Below are positions 18,521 through 29,261 of a stretch of 64,000 nucleotides of DNA, one piece after another (within the stretch, counting starts at the first letter, position 1; the number at the start of each line of letters is the position of its first letter). The translations under genes and the position numbers were made by a program. The notes under the pieces were generated by a model. The model was not told the origin of the DNA and searched no databases. It saw only the letters and a list, made by a program, of their open reading frames with translations. Location of the stretch: the sequence record SRR31156797_2722. One strand, written 5' to 3'.

Positions 18521-21500
18521 TTAAAAAGTGATATTAACACCGCCAGTTATTATCTTTGGAATAGGATAAGTGGCTCCATCAACTCCTGGGCTAAGTGCAT
18601 TTCCTTCAAAGTTTCCAACCTCAGGATTCCACCCTGAATACTTAGTTAATGTAAACAGGTTATCGGCAGAGCAATAAACTCTTAGTTTTGATAATCCTAT
18701 CTTACTAATCATTGAAGTTGGAAGAGTGTATCCAAGTTGTATATTTCTCAACCTTAAATAACTTCCATCTTCTACATAACGATCTGAGAATCGATCATTG
18801 TCATTAGGATCATCAGCCGTCATTCTTGGCTCATTATTCTCTGGTGCATCTGCTGTCCAACGGTTTAAACGATCTACTGAATAATTTGACAATATTCCAG
18901 GTGTTTGATACCAAAAGGCTGGTCCATTTACAATTTCATTACCTACAGAAGCATATAAGAATGCCTTAAAATCAATCCCTTTATATCCAAGGTTTATATT
19001 AAAACCTGCTGTAAAATCGGGAAATGCACTTCCTAATTTTATACGGTCTTTATCATCTATAACGCCATCTGCATATGAGTCGACAAATTTCACATCTCCA
19101 AGTTGAGCCTTCTCTCCTGGGAACATAGCCAGATATTCATCTAATTCTGCTTGTGTATTTATAATGCCATCGGTTTTCATTCCATAGAAATAAGCTAACT
19201 CATCACCTTCTACAGTTCTTGTTGTTGAAACGAAGCCGGCAACTCTACCTTCTTTAAGTTCTGCACCTTCAGCCATCTTAGTTACCTCATTTTTTACAGT
19301 ACTTACATTCAGCCCAATGGAATATTGAAAGCCGGAATCAAATTGCTTTCTCCAGGTTAATGATGCATCAAACCCTACATTCTCCATAGAAGCAGCATTG
19401 ACATATGGCCTTTGTGCTCCAACATAAGTTGGAATGGGTGCATCTAATAACATATCGTTGGTTTTTCTGTTAAAATAGTCCAATGAAACATCAAGACGCT
19501 GCTGCATAAAACTTAAATCAACTCCCAAATTTATTTGCTCAGAAGTTTCCCATTTTAAGTCCGGATTAGCTAAACGTTTTGCTACAGCACCGTCCACAGC
19601 TGTACCTCCAAATACATAGGTATACCCATTAACCATGGTAGTAACATATTCAAAATTACCTGCTGATTGTTCATTTCCAACTTGTCCCCATCCAGCTCTT
19701 ACCTTAAATCTATCCATAAAAGAGACGCCTTGCATAAATGGTTCTTCTTTGACATTCCATCCTGCTGAAAAAGATGGAAATACGCCCCATTTGTTATCTC
19801 CTAAAAATTTAGATGAACCATCTGCCCTTACTGTAGCTGTTACTAAATAACGGCTTTTATAAGAGTAGTTTGCCCTGGCGAAATAAGAAAGTAATGTATT
19901 CTTGAATCCACTTCCATCAATTTCCATCATGTCTACATTCTTTGCTAATCTTAAATACATCAAATCATCTGAAGAAGAAACATTAAACCCTCTAGCTGAA
20001 ATATCATTTCCTTGAAATACCTGAGCTTCTGCTCCTACCATTCCATTTACACTATAATCACCAAACTTTTTATTATAGTTAAAGTATCCATTCCATGTAT
20101 AGTTCGTCATTTGACCCTTTTGCTCAAACAGTTCACTTTCATCTCTTTTCTGATCTACATCCGCATAATACTCCGGATAATACTCCTTGGTATTATAAAA
20201 CTTTAAATCGGCAGCCACCATCGTCCTGAAACTTAATCCTTCAAGAAATAAATCATCTATATTCAGACTAAAATTACCCACTAACTTATGATCGCCTTGT
20301 GTATTATATTTTGCCTCATCGATAAATCTGGCAGGGTTTCCCAAAACTGTTCCTCCAATAACTCGGCTACCATAATCATTTTTATAACTATCCCAGGCAG
20401 CTGTTAATGGATCTATTTGTAAAGCAACAGGTAAAGCTCCTGTATACGCATTAGAATTATGATTATTCTTTTTATAGGTTGAATATGAAATATTAGCACC
20501 TAGCTTAATTTTCTCGCTTAGCTTATACTCGTTATTAGCCCATATAAAAAGTTTATCCATACCGCTATTTTCAACAATACCTTCCTGCATAAACAAAGTA
20601 CTCCCGATATTATAGGTAATTTGATCATTCCCTCCTCTGGCTGAAATATTATAACTCTGAATAGGAGCTACCTGTAAAAGTTCATCCTGCCAGTTAGTAC
20701 CATCAAGATTATTATCAATCACATAATCTAACTTGGCTCTGTCAGATACTGAAATCAAGTTTGCTTTTCCATCATTTTCGAATGCTTCATAACGCAACAT
20801 AGCATACTCTGAAGCATTAGTTAAATCAATAGTTTTATTTACATATTGAACGCCTGCAAAAACGTTTGCTTCAACAATAGACTTGCCACTTTTACCTTGT
20901 TTCGTTGTTACTAGCACAACTCCATTGGCTCCCCTTGATCCATAAATAGCAGTCGCTGAAGCATCTTTTAAAATCTCAATACTTTCAATATTAGTTGGAT
21001 CTAAATTACTAATGTCATTTGTAGGAAAACCATCTACCACATAAATCGGATTACTATCACCCCACGAACCAACACCTCGAATACGTATCTTAACACCAGC
21101 CCCTGGTTCCCCGGAATTAGCTACAACATCAACCCCGGCAACTTTACCTTGTAAAGTTTGAACAACATCGGTTGTGGCAACTTGCTGTAAATCATCACCT
21201 CCAACTTTTGATACAGCTCCCGTTAAATCACTTTTACGAATGGTTCCATACCCAACAACAACAACTTCATCAATATCCTGAACTGAAGCATTTAAGGTTA
21301 CATCAATTATTGTTTTTCCCATTGCAGGGATTTCTCTTGTATCATAACCAATAAACGAATAAATCAAAACAACATCCTCAGAGTCCACAGTAAGTGAATA
21401 TGCTCCATCTATATCAGTGATGGTTCCATTGGATGTTCCTTTAACAACAATTGAAACGCCAGGTAAAAATTCTCCTGTAGAATCATTTACCTTTCCGCTT

Positions 21501-21586
21501 ATTGTCCGCTGCTGTGCTTTTGCTGTCCAAAATGCACAAAGCATAAACAGCATCATAAATAATCGCAGATTCTTTTTCATAAACAT
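18521..21586 (-). CDS. susC: SusC/RagA TonB-dependent transporter
   Basis: DEVVVVGYG, KSDLTGAV, IEILKDASATAIYGSRGANGVVLVTTK, NPDLKWE, VEDGSYLRL, terminal Phe. Confidence 0.97.
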   Translation of the reverse strand: MFMKKNLRLFMMLFMLCAFWTAKAQQRTISGKVNDSTGEFLPGVSIVVKGTSNGTITDIDGAYSLTVDSEDVVLIYSFIGYDTREIPAMGKTIIDVTLNASVQDIDEVVVVGYGTIRKSDLTGAVSKVGGDDLQQVATTDVVQTLQGKVAGVDVVANSGEPGAGVKIRIRGVGSWGDSNPIYVVDGFPTNDISNLDPTNIESIEILKDASATAIYGSRGANGVVLVTTKQGKSGKSIVEANVFAGVQYVNKTIDLTNASEYAMLRYEAFENDGKANLISVSDRAKLDYVIDNNLDGTNWQDELLQVAPIQSYNISARGGNDQITYNIGSTLFMQEGIVENSGMDKLFIWANNEYKLSEKIKLGANISYSTYKKNNHNSNAYTGALPVALQIDPLTAAWDSYKNDYGSRVIGGTVLGNPARFIDEAKYNTQGDHKLVGNFSLNIDDLFLEGLSFRTMVAADLKFYNTKEYYPEYYADVDQKRDESELFEQKGQMTNYTWNGYFNYNKKFGDYSVNGMVGAEAQVFQGNDISARGFNVSSSDDLMYLRLAKNVDMMEIDGSGFKNTLLSYFARANYSYKSRYLVTATVRADGSSKFLGDNKWGVFPSFSAGWNVKEEPFMQGVSFMDRFKVRAGWGQVGNEQSAGNFEYVTTMVNGYTYVFGGTAVDGAVAKRLANPDLKWETSEQINLGVDLSFMQQRLDVSLDYFNRKTNDMLLDAPIPTYVGAQRPYVNAASMENVGFDASLTWRKQFDSGFQYSIGLNVSTVKNEVTKMAEGAELKEGRVAGFVSTTRTVEGDELAYFYGMKTDGIINTQAELDEYLAMFPGEKAQLGDVKFVDSYADGVIDDKDRIKLGSAFPDFTAGFNINLGYKGIDFKAFLYASVGNEIVNGPAFWYQTPGILSNYSVDRLNRWTADAPENNEPRMTADDPNDNDRFSDRYVEDGSYLRLRNIQLGYTLPTSMISKIGLSKLRVYCSADNLFTLTKYSGWNPEVGNFEGNALSPGVDGATYPIPKIITGGVNITF

Positions 21587-21649
21587 CTGTTTGCAAATAA
21601 TTTAATTATACATTCATCTAATCTGATTTCCGGAAATAAATCAACTTTA

Positions 21650-21681
21650 CAAATGTATTTCAGATACAAACCTTCAACAAG
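21650..21681 (-). promoter_or_regulatory. Bacteroidota primary-sigma promoter of the mannan operon
   Basis: Minus strand CTTG-N20-TACATTTG, matching the TTTG/TAnnTTTG consensus. Confidence 0.65.
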
Positions 21682-21952
21682 TATTTTTATACTCTTTAAT
21701 GATACTATTATAAACTTTTTATTTACACTTAAAACACAACAAACCCCACCCTACCGAACTAAACAAATTCACAAAATAAACCCTTAACTACTGTCTTTAT
21801 GGCTATTAAACATACCTCAACAATTAAATAGGTAGAATATTTTTTTACATTATTTGACATTTCACCCATATTATTTTAGTATTTTTACATCATATTTAAA
21901 TTTTTAATAATACTTTTATAAACCAATACTAATACTTATACACCACTCAATC

Positions 21953-22831
21953 ATGAAAAACAATATACACCGAGAGATTACTCCCTTAAAAGAAAATGAC
22001 TGTTTCTTGATTTTTGATAGAGAAAGAAAAGGCTTTACCTTCCCTATTCATTTCCATCCAGAATACGAAATCAATTATATTTCAAATGCAAAAGGAGCAA
22101 AGAGAGTTGTCGGAGACCATATTGGAGAAGCTGATATAAAAGAATTGGTAATGGCAGGTCCTAACCTTTATCATGGATGGGAAAATGGCCGCTACAATAC
22201 GAATGAAACACTTCACGAAATTACCATCCAATTTCCTAGAGAACTTTTTGAAGGCTCATTATTTGACCGCAATTTACTACAACCTTTAAAAGAGCTTTTT
22301 CACAACTCTAACAGAGGTATTTTATTTTCTCAGGAAACTATCCAACTAGTAGAACCTAGATTACTTGAATTAAGCAACAAAAGAGGCTTTGATAGCTTCT
22401 TGCAGTTTCAGTCATTATTATACGATTTAGCTATTTCCAGGGATCAACAACTTTTAACTAATGTTGCCTTTCAGCGTCAAAATGATTTTCACAACAGCGA
22501 AAGGATTGAGGTGGTGTATAATTATATTAAAGAAAATTGTACAGAAAAAATAAAAGTGACCGATGCAGCAGAAATGGTAAATATGTCAGTAGTATCTTTT
22601 AGTAAACTTATTAAACAAAGAACCGGTAAATCATTTGTTGATTTCGTAAATGAAATTCGACTGGGCAATGCCACACGCTCATTAATTGAAACGAACAAAT
22701 CTGTTTCTGAAATATGTTATGAATGCGGCTTTAATAACCTCTCCAACTTCAATCGCACTTTTAAAAAGAGACAAGGATGCACTCCCTCTGAATTCAGGGA
22801 AAACTTTAATGGCATTAAAAACGTTTTATAG
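21953..22831 (+). CDS. AraC-family transcriptional regulator (cupin plus HTH), divergent from susC
   Basis: HFHPEYEI cupin motif; C-terminal SEICYECGFNNLSNFNRTFKKRQGCTPSEFR. Confidence 0.95.
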   Translation: MKNNIHREITPLKENDCFLIFDRERKGFTFPIHFHPEYEINYISNAKGAKRVVGDHIGEADIKELVMAGPNLYHGWENGRYNTNETLHEITIQFPRELFEGSLFDRNLLQPLKELFHNSNRGILFSQETIQLVEPRLLELSNKRGFDSFLQFQSLLYDLAISRDQQLLTNVAFQRQNDFHNSERIEVVYNYIKENCTEKIKVTDAAEMVNMSVVSFSKLIKQRTGKSFVDFVNEIRLGNATRSLIETNKSVSEICYECGFNNLSNFNRTFKKRQGCTPSEFRENFNGIKNVL

Positions 22832-22868
22832 AGCTATTGAAAAACAATGATTCATCATACCACTACAA

Positions 22869-23567
22869 TTAATTACAATTATTGCAAAACTGCACTAATG
22901 ATATCAAACTTTTCTCAGACTTAAGCCTTAACTTATTTTTTTTAATATAATCTTTAACCTCAGGGTTAATTTGTTCTAACCAAAAAGAGATGTCCTTTTT
23001 GTTTTCTATCATCCATGGCATTTGCTCGTTTCCAACTAAGAAGAACTTCTCTTCCTGATTTTCAAAACGATTAGGTGTTGCATCCTGATAACCGATAGCC
23101 TTTGTTGCTGGTTTAAATTTTACATCATATTTCTTCAATAACTTAACCCTACCATCTACGATCAATTCAAAAATGCCGTCTTTTGTTATATCGTCATTTC
23201 TATATCTCTGATTAATAAAGAAAACACCTCCAATATTAAAAACATATTTATTATTTACATTACTCATTTCCAAAATATGACCATCTGTGTTTTTAAATTC
23301 CATAACATCTTTAAAAACATTTAACCGTAAAGGAATATCTTCAAAAGTCACACTATCATTTACGATCACTTCTCCATCTATAAAATCACCATATAAATAT
23401 GGAGATCCTTCGATCATAACATAACCCATACCATTGATCGAATTCTCTTTACTTCGTTCAAATGCAAACTGATCTGATAAAGCACCTAGGTTAGAAATTT
23501 GTGTAGCTTGGGAATACACCATCTTTAGCACAACTAACAGAATAAGAAGTAGAGTAATCTTTTTCAT
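22869..23567 (-). CDS. Exported hypothetical protein
   Basis: 232 aa with signal peptide; GSPYL..F..G.V and LRLNVF pattern seen in Bacteroidota hypothetical proteins. Confidence 0.8.
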   Translation of the reverse strand: MKKITLLLILLVVLKMVYSQATQISNLGALSDQFAFERSKENSINGMGYVMIEGSPYLYGDFIDGEVIVNDSVTFEDIPLRLNVFKDVMEFKNTDGHILEMSNVNNKYVFNIGGVFFINQRYRNDDITKDGIFELIVDGRVKLLKKYDVKFKPATKAIGYQDATPNRFENQEEKFFLVGNEQMPWMIENKKDISFWLEQINPEVKDYIKKNKLRLKSEKSLISLVQFCNNCN

Positions 23568-23591
23568 AATTATTCAATATAAATTTCTTCT

Positions 23592-23658
23592 CAAATTTAC
23601 TTCGCGCTCAAAACAAAACGTTGTAAATTCAGACAATAAAATAATAAATACAGACATA
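23592..23658 (-). promoter_or_regulatory. Promoter -7 box with upstream 21-bp-period direct repeat
   Basis: TAAATTTG (23599-23592); plus-strand cagacaat (23630-23637) and cagacata (23651-23658). Confidence 0.6.
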
Positions 23659-23816
23659 ATTTATAGACAGGATTAGTTTAAAATCTTTACTAATACTTAA
23701 TACACTTCAATGCCTATCATAAAGAACCTGATACACGAAAATCCAATAAATTAAAACTCAATAACTCAGCAAATCTCCCTCCCTATCCTTTACAAATCCA
23801 ATCATCCCTTCTTATT

Positions 23817-23883
23817 AATATCTCTTATTAAAAATGAAATATCTCAAATTAAAAGCTACTAAAATACGATTCATATACTTTTG
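23817..23883 (+). promoter_or_regulatory. Promoter of the GH2-GH43 xylan operon with a direct-repeat activator site
   Basis: AATATCTC at 23817 and 23838 (21-bp period), a 30-bp gap, then TACTTTTG (23876-23883). Confidence 0.65.
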
Positions 23884-23937
23884 AAATCGCCCAATCTATC
23901 CACTCTTTAGAGATAGATATTTAAATATTTACTAATT

Positions 23938-26682
23938 ATGTTGAAACATAAACTAATCCGCTTGATTGAACTAAAACTAATAATCCTTTGTGTTTTACTT
24001 TATTCATGCACGCAAGAATACAAGTCAATTAAAAATGAACGAGAATTCATATCATTAAATAAAGATTGGCAGTTTTATAAATATGATTCTGATGAACCTG
24101 GTGATAGCCTTATATACGACGTACGCCCAACGGTTAAATTCTTTAACGACAGTAAAGATGCTGACAGTAAACCTACAGAAGCCGAAAAAATAACCCCGAC
24201 CAGATTTGTTTTAAAACCCTGGATACTTCCTACAGCTAATGCCTTTATAGAAGATACTCTAAAGCATTATCCAGTTCCCACCGGAAATCCTGGTTATGAT
24301 TTCCCATTTGTACAAAGCAATTATGACGATACAGAATGGACGCAAGTTAACATTCCTCATGATTGGGCAATTCAGGAACCATTTATGACAGGATGGGAAT
24401 CGGAAGTTGGCGGAGGTATGGGACGTTTGCCAAACCATGGAGTTGCATGGTACAGAAAAAAAATAAAATTCCCAATTGAGGATAAAGGAAAATCTATCTT
24501 TCTGCAAATCGATGGTGCTATGTCCTATTCTATGATATGGATAAACAGCCACCTTGTCGGAGGATGGCCTTATGGATATAACTCCTTCCAAGTTGATTTA
24601 ACTCCATACCTTAAATATGGAATAGATAACCAATTAGCTATAAGGGTTGACAATCCACCAAATTCATCCAGATGGTATACCGGTGGAGGAATATATCGAA
24701 ATGTATGGTTGATAAAAACGGCCCCAGTTCACGTATCACAATGGGGCACATTTATAACAACATTGCATATATCAAAAGAATCAGCTGATATTGCTTTGGA
24801 ATTAAATATCGATAATGATTCCGAGCAAAAAAGGAATATTAGTATAAAAACTGAAATATTTGGTACTAATGCAGAAGGTAATCCCGAAGGAAAAATGGTT
24901 GGCTTCTTCACCAAAGAAAATGTTGCCATTGAAGCTAATAGTCAAATAAAACTAAACCAATTGGGACGAGTGAAGAATCCAAAATTATGGGGTCCCCCTC
25001 CTACCCAAACCCCAAATCTTTATGTAGCAATTACTCGATTGTATCAGAATGACGAACTCATTGATGAATACAAAACGCGATTTGGAATTCGTACAATAGA
25101 ATTTTCCTCTTCTCGTGGATTAATAGTCAATGGAAAACCTATAAAAATTCAAGGTGTGAATCAACATCACGATTTGGGTGCTTTAGGTGCTGCCTTTAAC
25201 AAGAGTGCTGCTAAAAGACAATTAGATTTATTGAAACAACTTGGATGCAACGCTATTCGATTAGCTCACAATCCCCCAGCTCCTGAATTACTTGAATTGA
25301 CAGACCAAATGGGCTTTTTAGTTGTAAACGAAATTTTTGATGTATGGGAAAGAAAGAAAACACCTTTAGATTTCCATCTGATCTTCCCGGAATGGTACGA
25401 AGCTGATACGAGAGCTTTTGTACGTCGCGATCGTAATTGTCCATCTGTCATCATGTGGAGTTACGGAAACGAGGTTGGTGAACAATATACAGGTAAGGCA
25501 GGGGCTATCATAGCAAAGCAACTACACAATATTATAAAAGATGAAGACCCGACTCGACCGACAACCGCATCTATGAACTTTGCCAAACCGGATATGCCAT
25601 TTTCCGAAGTTCCTGACATTATAAGTTTAAACTATCAGGGTGAAGGTATTAGAGATGCAGAGGCTTATGCTCATTTACAGGGCATCAGAACCAAACCACT
25701 ATATCCGGATTTTCACTCAAAATATCCTGAAAAAATGATCGTTAGCAGTGAAACAGCTTCAGCACTAAGCACACGTGGCACGTATTTATTTCCCGTTACA
25801 AATGAATGTAGTGCCCCTGCAGAAAATGAAAATGGTGGTGATCCTCATAATCAATATGTCAGCGCTTATGAATTATATACAGCTCCTTTTGGCTCATCAG
25901 CAGATAAAGTTTTTGCTTCACAGGATAAACACCCATACGTAGCCGGAGAATTTGTTTGGTCTGGATGGGATTACCTGGGCGAACCAACACCTTATTATCT
26001 TGCAAGAAGTTCTTACTCGGGTATAATTGATCTGGCTGGTTTTCCAAAGGATCGTTTCTATTTATATCAAGCCAGATGGAGACCCGAGTATCCAATGGTT
26101 CATATATTGCCTCATTGGAACTGGCCTGAAAGAGTTGGTAAAGTTACACCCGTTCACGTTTTTACATCAGGAGATGAAGTTGAACTTTTTTTGAATGGAC
26201 GTTCTTTAGGGCGCAAAAAGAAAGGTTTATTTGAATACCGATTAAGATGGGATGATGTAAAGTACGAACCCGGAGAACTTAAAGCCATTGCCTATAAAAA
26301 TGGCAAAGTATGGAAAAAAGAAATTATAAAGACAAGTGGAGGTGCATATCAGCTAATTGCAGAAACTAAGTACAAAGAAATAAATACAGCTAAAGACGAA
26401 CTATCTTTTATAACAATTAAAGTAGTTGATAAAGATGGAAATGTGGTACCTGATGCTAATCCTGAAATTCAATTTAACATTGAAGGTTCTGGTGAAATTG
26501 TAGCTACTGATAATGGTAATCCTTCTGATATGACTCCCTTTCCATCTCCAATAAGAAAGGCGTTTAATGGTTATTGTTTGGTAATTGTAAAGGGTAAGTC
26601 CGAGAAATCAGGTAACATTCAAATAAAAGCAAAATCCGGTAATCTAATCCCTGCAAATATTGAAATTAGTTTAACAAATTAA
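23938..26682 (+). CDS. GH2 beta-galactosidase-like glycosidase
   Basis: PHDWAI, GVNQHHDLGALG, CNAIRLAHNPP, WSYGNEV, SSET, GEFVWSGWDYLGEPTPY. Confidence 0.92.
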   Translation: MLKHKLIRLIELKLIILCVLLYSCTQEYKSIKNEREFISLNKDWQFYKYDSDEPGDSLIYDVRPTVKFFNDSKDADSKPTEAEKITPTRFVLKPWILPTANAFIEDTLKHYPVPTGNPGYDFPFVQSNYDDTEWTQVNIPHDWAIQEPFMTGWESEVGGGMGRLPNHGVAWYRKKIKFPIEDKGKSIFLQIDGAMSYSMIWINSHLVGGWPYGYNSFQVDLTPYLKYGIDNQLAIRVDNPPNSSRWYTGGGIYRNVWLIKTAPVHVSQWGTFITTLHISKESADIALELNIDNDSEQKRNISIKTEIFGTNAEGNPEGKMVGFFTKENVAIEANSQIKLNQLGRVKNPKLWGPPPTQTPNLYVAITRLYQNDELIDEYKTRFGIRTIEFSSSRGLIVNGKPIKIQGVNQHHDLGALGAAFNKSAAKRQLDLLKQLGCNAIRLAHNPPAPELLELTDQMGFLVVNEIFDVWERKKTPLDFHLIFPEWYEADTRAFVRRDRNCPSVIMWSYGNEVGEQYTGKAGAIIAKQLHNIIKDEDPTRPTTASMNFAKPDMPFSEVPDIISLNYQGEGIRDAEAYAHLQGIRTKPLYPDFHSKYPEKMIVSSETASALSTRGTYLFPVTNECSAPAENENGGDPHNQYVSAYELYTAPFGSSADKVFASQDKHPYVAGEFVWSGWDYLGEPTPYYLARSSYSGIIDLAGFPKDRFYLYQARWRPEYPMVHILPHWNWPERVGKVTPVHVFTSGDEVELFLNGRSLGRKKKGLFEYRLRWDDVKYEPGELKAIAYKNGKVWKKEIIKTSGGAYQLIAETKYKEINTAKDELSFITIKVVDKDGNVVPDANPEIQFNIEGSGEIVATDNGNPSDMTPFPSPIRKAFNGYCLVIVKGKSEKSGNIQIKAKSGNLIPANIEISLTN

Positions 26683-26720
26683 AAATTGATTCTTAAAATT
26701 TTTAGATTAAATATCAATCC

Positions 26721-29261
26721 ATGAAAATTACTGCCTTAATAAAAAGATTTACAATAATTTGCTTGATAGTATTATTAGCATCTAACATTAACACTTCAGT
26801 TGCAAATAATAAAGAACAAATCAGTTTTAAAGAAATACCCGGTTATTTTGAACTATTTAACCAAAATACACTATCTCCCATTGTTATGGATCAATCCGAT
26901 TATGATGGGGTTGCAAAAGTTGCTAAATGGTTTGTGAATGATTTAAAAATGATTACCGGTCAGCAAGCGGAACAGTATACTGATAAATTACCCGAAAACA
27001 AAAACATTATTTTAATCGGAACGATAGGACGAAGTAAATGGATTGATCAGCTTATTGCGGAAAATAAAATTAATATTTCCCAAATTAAGGGTCAGTGGGA
27101 AGCTAATATTAGTCAAGTTGTAGAGAACCCTTTTCCTAATATTTCTAAAGCACTTGTATTGGCTGGTTCAGACAAAAGAGGAACCATATATTCCATGCTA
27201 AACTTAAGCCGAGAAATGGGTGTTTCACCTTGGTATTGGTGGGCAGATGTACCTGTTGTTCAACATCAGAGTATTTTTATAAATCCTGCCCCCACTATTT
27301 CATATAGTCCCAAAGTAAAATATCGTGGAATATTTTTAAACGATGAAGAGCCGGCTTTAGGGAGCTGGACTCGAGAAAAATTTGGTGGATTTAATCATCA
27401 TTTTTATGAGAACATTTTTGAACTCATATTACGTTTACGTGGAAATTTTCTTTGGCCGGCTATGTGGGGTAAGGCATTTTTTGATGATGATCCGGAAAAC
27501 GGTCGACTGGCAAACGAACTAGGTATAGTGATGAGTACATCGCATCATGAGCCAATGGGAAGAGCCCAAGCGGAATGGCATCGTTATGGTTCCGGTGCAT
27601 GGGATTATACGAATAATAAGGACATCCTTGATGACTTTTGGCGCAAAGGAATGGAGCGAAATAAAGATTGGGAAACAATTGTAACTGTTGGCATGAGAGG
27701 AGATGGAGACGAGGCAATGACGGAAGGTACTAATATTAAATTGCTTGAAAATATAGTAAAAAATCAGCGAGAAATTATAAGTCAGGTTACAGGTAAAAAG
27801 GCAAAAGAAACCCCTCAGGTTTGGGCTTTATATAAAGAAGTACAAGATTATTACGATAAAGGGATGCGGGTACCTGATGATGTAACCCTCCTTTTATGCG
27901 ATGATAACTGGGGTAACGTTCGTAAACTTCCCGAGCTTAATCAGACTGTTCATAAAGGTGGCTATGGCATGTATTATCATGTAGATTATGTTGGAGGGCC
28001 AAGATGCTACAAGTGGTTAAATGTTAGTCAGATTCAACGTATATGGGAACAAATGAACCTGACATATGCACATGGCGTTGATCGTATCTGGATATTAAAC
28101 GTAGGCGATTTGAAACCAATGGAATATCCAATTAGTTTTTTTATGGATATGGCCTGGAATCCAACCGAATTTAATAACACCAATTTATTACAACATACAA
28201 TAAACTGGTGTACAGAACAGTTTGGTGAAAAATATGGAGAACAAGCTGCGAGAATAGTAAACTTATATTCCAAATACAATCATAGAATTACTCCGGAATT
28301 ACTAAATCATACATCGTTTAGTTTAGAAAACTACAATGAGTTTAAAAGAGTGAAAGATGATTACAGAAATTTAACTCTCGATGCGCTTCGCTTATACAAT
28401 TTTATACCTAATAATTACAAAGATGCATTTGATCAGCTGGTATTATATCCAACAAATGCTACTTCCAATTTATATGAGATGTACTATGCCGTTGCTATGA
28501 ATCACCAGCTAGCATCAGCAAAGAATACAGAAGCAAACTATTGGGCCGATATTGCCATACAGTGCTTTGATCGTGATTCGCTATTTACTATTCATTACAA
28601 TCAACAAATAGCTGGTGGAAAATGGAATCATCAAATGAATCAAATAAGAATTGGCTATAATTCCTGGGCTGAACCTCAAGAAAGAATCATGCCAGAATTG
28701 TTTTATGTGGACTCGGTTACAATACCTAATTCTGCCATGGTTTTTCAGGAAGCTGAAGGTTATGTCTCTATCGAGGTCGGAAACTTTCAGCGTGCCAAGG
28801 GTACAGAAAATATTCATTGGGATATCATACCTGATTTAGGAAAAACAGAAGCCGGAATAACAACATTCCCTGTGAATGTATATCCTCAAAAACAAGATTC
28901 TGTATATCTTGAATATGCTATTAATTTTACATCTACTGGTACTTTCGATGTTGAAGTCGGATTGTCTACTACTTTATCCTTCAACCAGAATAAGGGCTTG
29001 CGTTATGCAATTTCATTTAACGGAAATGATGAACAAATCATCAATATAAATAAAAACCAAGCATGGGAAATTGGTAAATGGCAAGCTGAAAGAATTAATA
29101 AAACTACTACAAAGCTCACCGTTAAAAATAAAGGTATTCATCATTTGCGTATTCGTGTTCTTGAACCAGGTATTGTTTTACAAAAAATACAGATAAATAC
29201 AGGCGGTTTAAAAAATAGTTATCTGGGTGCACCTCAAAGTAAACTAACAAAATTAAAATAA
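26721..29261 (+). CDS. GH115 alpha-glucuronidase (copy 1)
   Basis: GSDKRG, GVSPWYWWADVP, YRGIFLNDE, TSHHEPM, GMRGDGD, LYKEV, DDNWG. Confidence 0.93.
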   Translation: MKITALIKRFTIICLIVLLASNINTSVANNKEQISFKEIPGYFELFNQNTLSPIVMDQSDYDGVAKVAKWFVNDLKMITGQQAEQYTDKLPENKNIILIGTIGRSKWIDQLIAENKINISQIKGQWEANISQVVENPFPNISKALVLAGSDKRGTIYSMLNLSREMGVSPWYWWADVPVVQHQSIFINPAPTISYSPKVKYRGIFLNDEEPALGSWTREKFGGFNHHFYENIFELILRLRGNFLWPAMWGKAFFDDDPENGRLANELGIVMSTSHHEPMGRAQAEWHRYGSGAWDYTNNKDILDDFWRKGMERNKDWETIVTVGMRGDGDEAMTEGTNIKLLENIVKNQREIISQVTGKKAKETPQVWALYKEVQDYYDKGMRVPDDVTLLLCDDNWGNVRKLPELNQTVHKGGYGMYYHVDYVGGPRCYKWLNVSQIQRIWEQMNLTYAHGVDRIWILNVGDLKPMEYPISFFMDMAWNPTEFNNTNLLQHTINWCTEQFGEKYGEQAARIVNLYSKYNHRITPELLNHTSFSLENYNEFKRVKDDYRNLTLDALRLYNFIPNNYKDAFDQLVLYPTNATSNLYEMYYAVAMNHQLASAKNTEANYWADIAIQCFDRDSLFTIHYNQQIAGGKWNHQMNQIRIGYNSWAEPQERIMPELFYVDSVTIPNSAMVFQEAEGYVSIEVGNFQRAKGTENIHWDIIPDLGKTEAGITTFPVNVYPQKQDSVYLEYAINFTSTGTFDVEVGLSTTLSFNQNKGLRYAISFNGNDEQIININKNQAWEIGKWQAERINKTTTKLTVKNKGIHHLRIRVLEPGIVLQKIQINTGGLKNSYLGAPQSKLTKLK

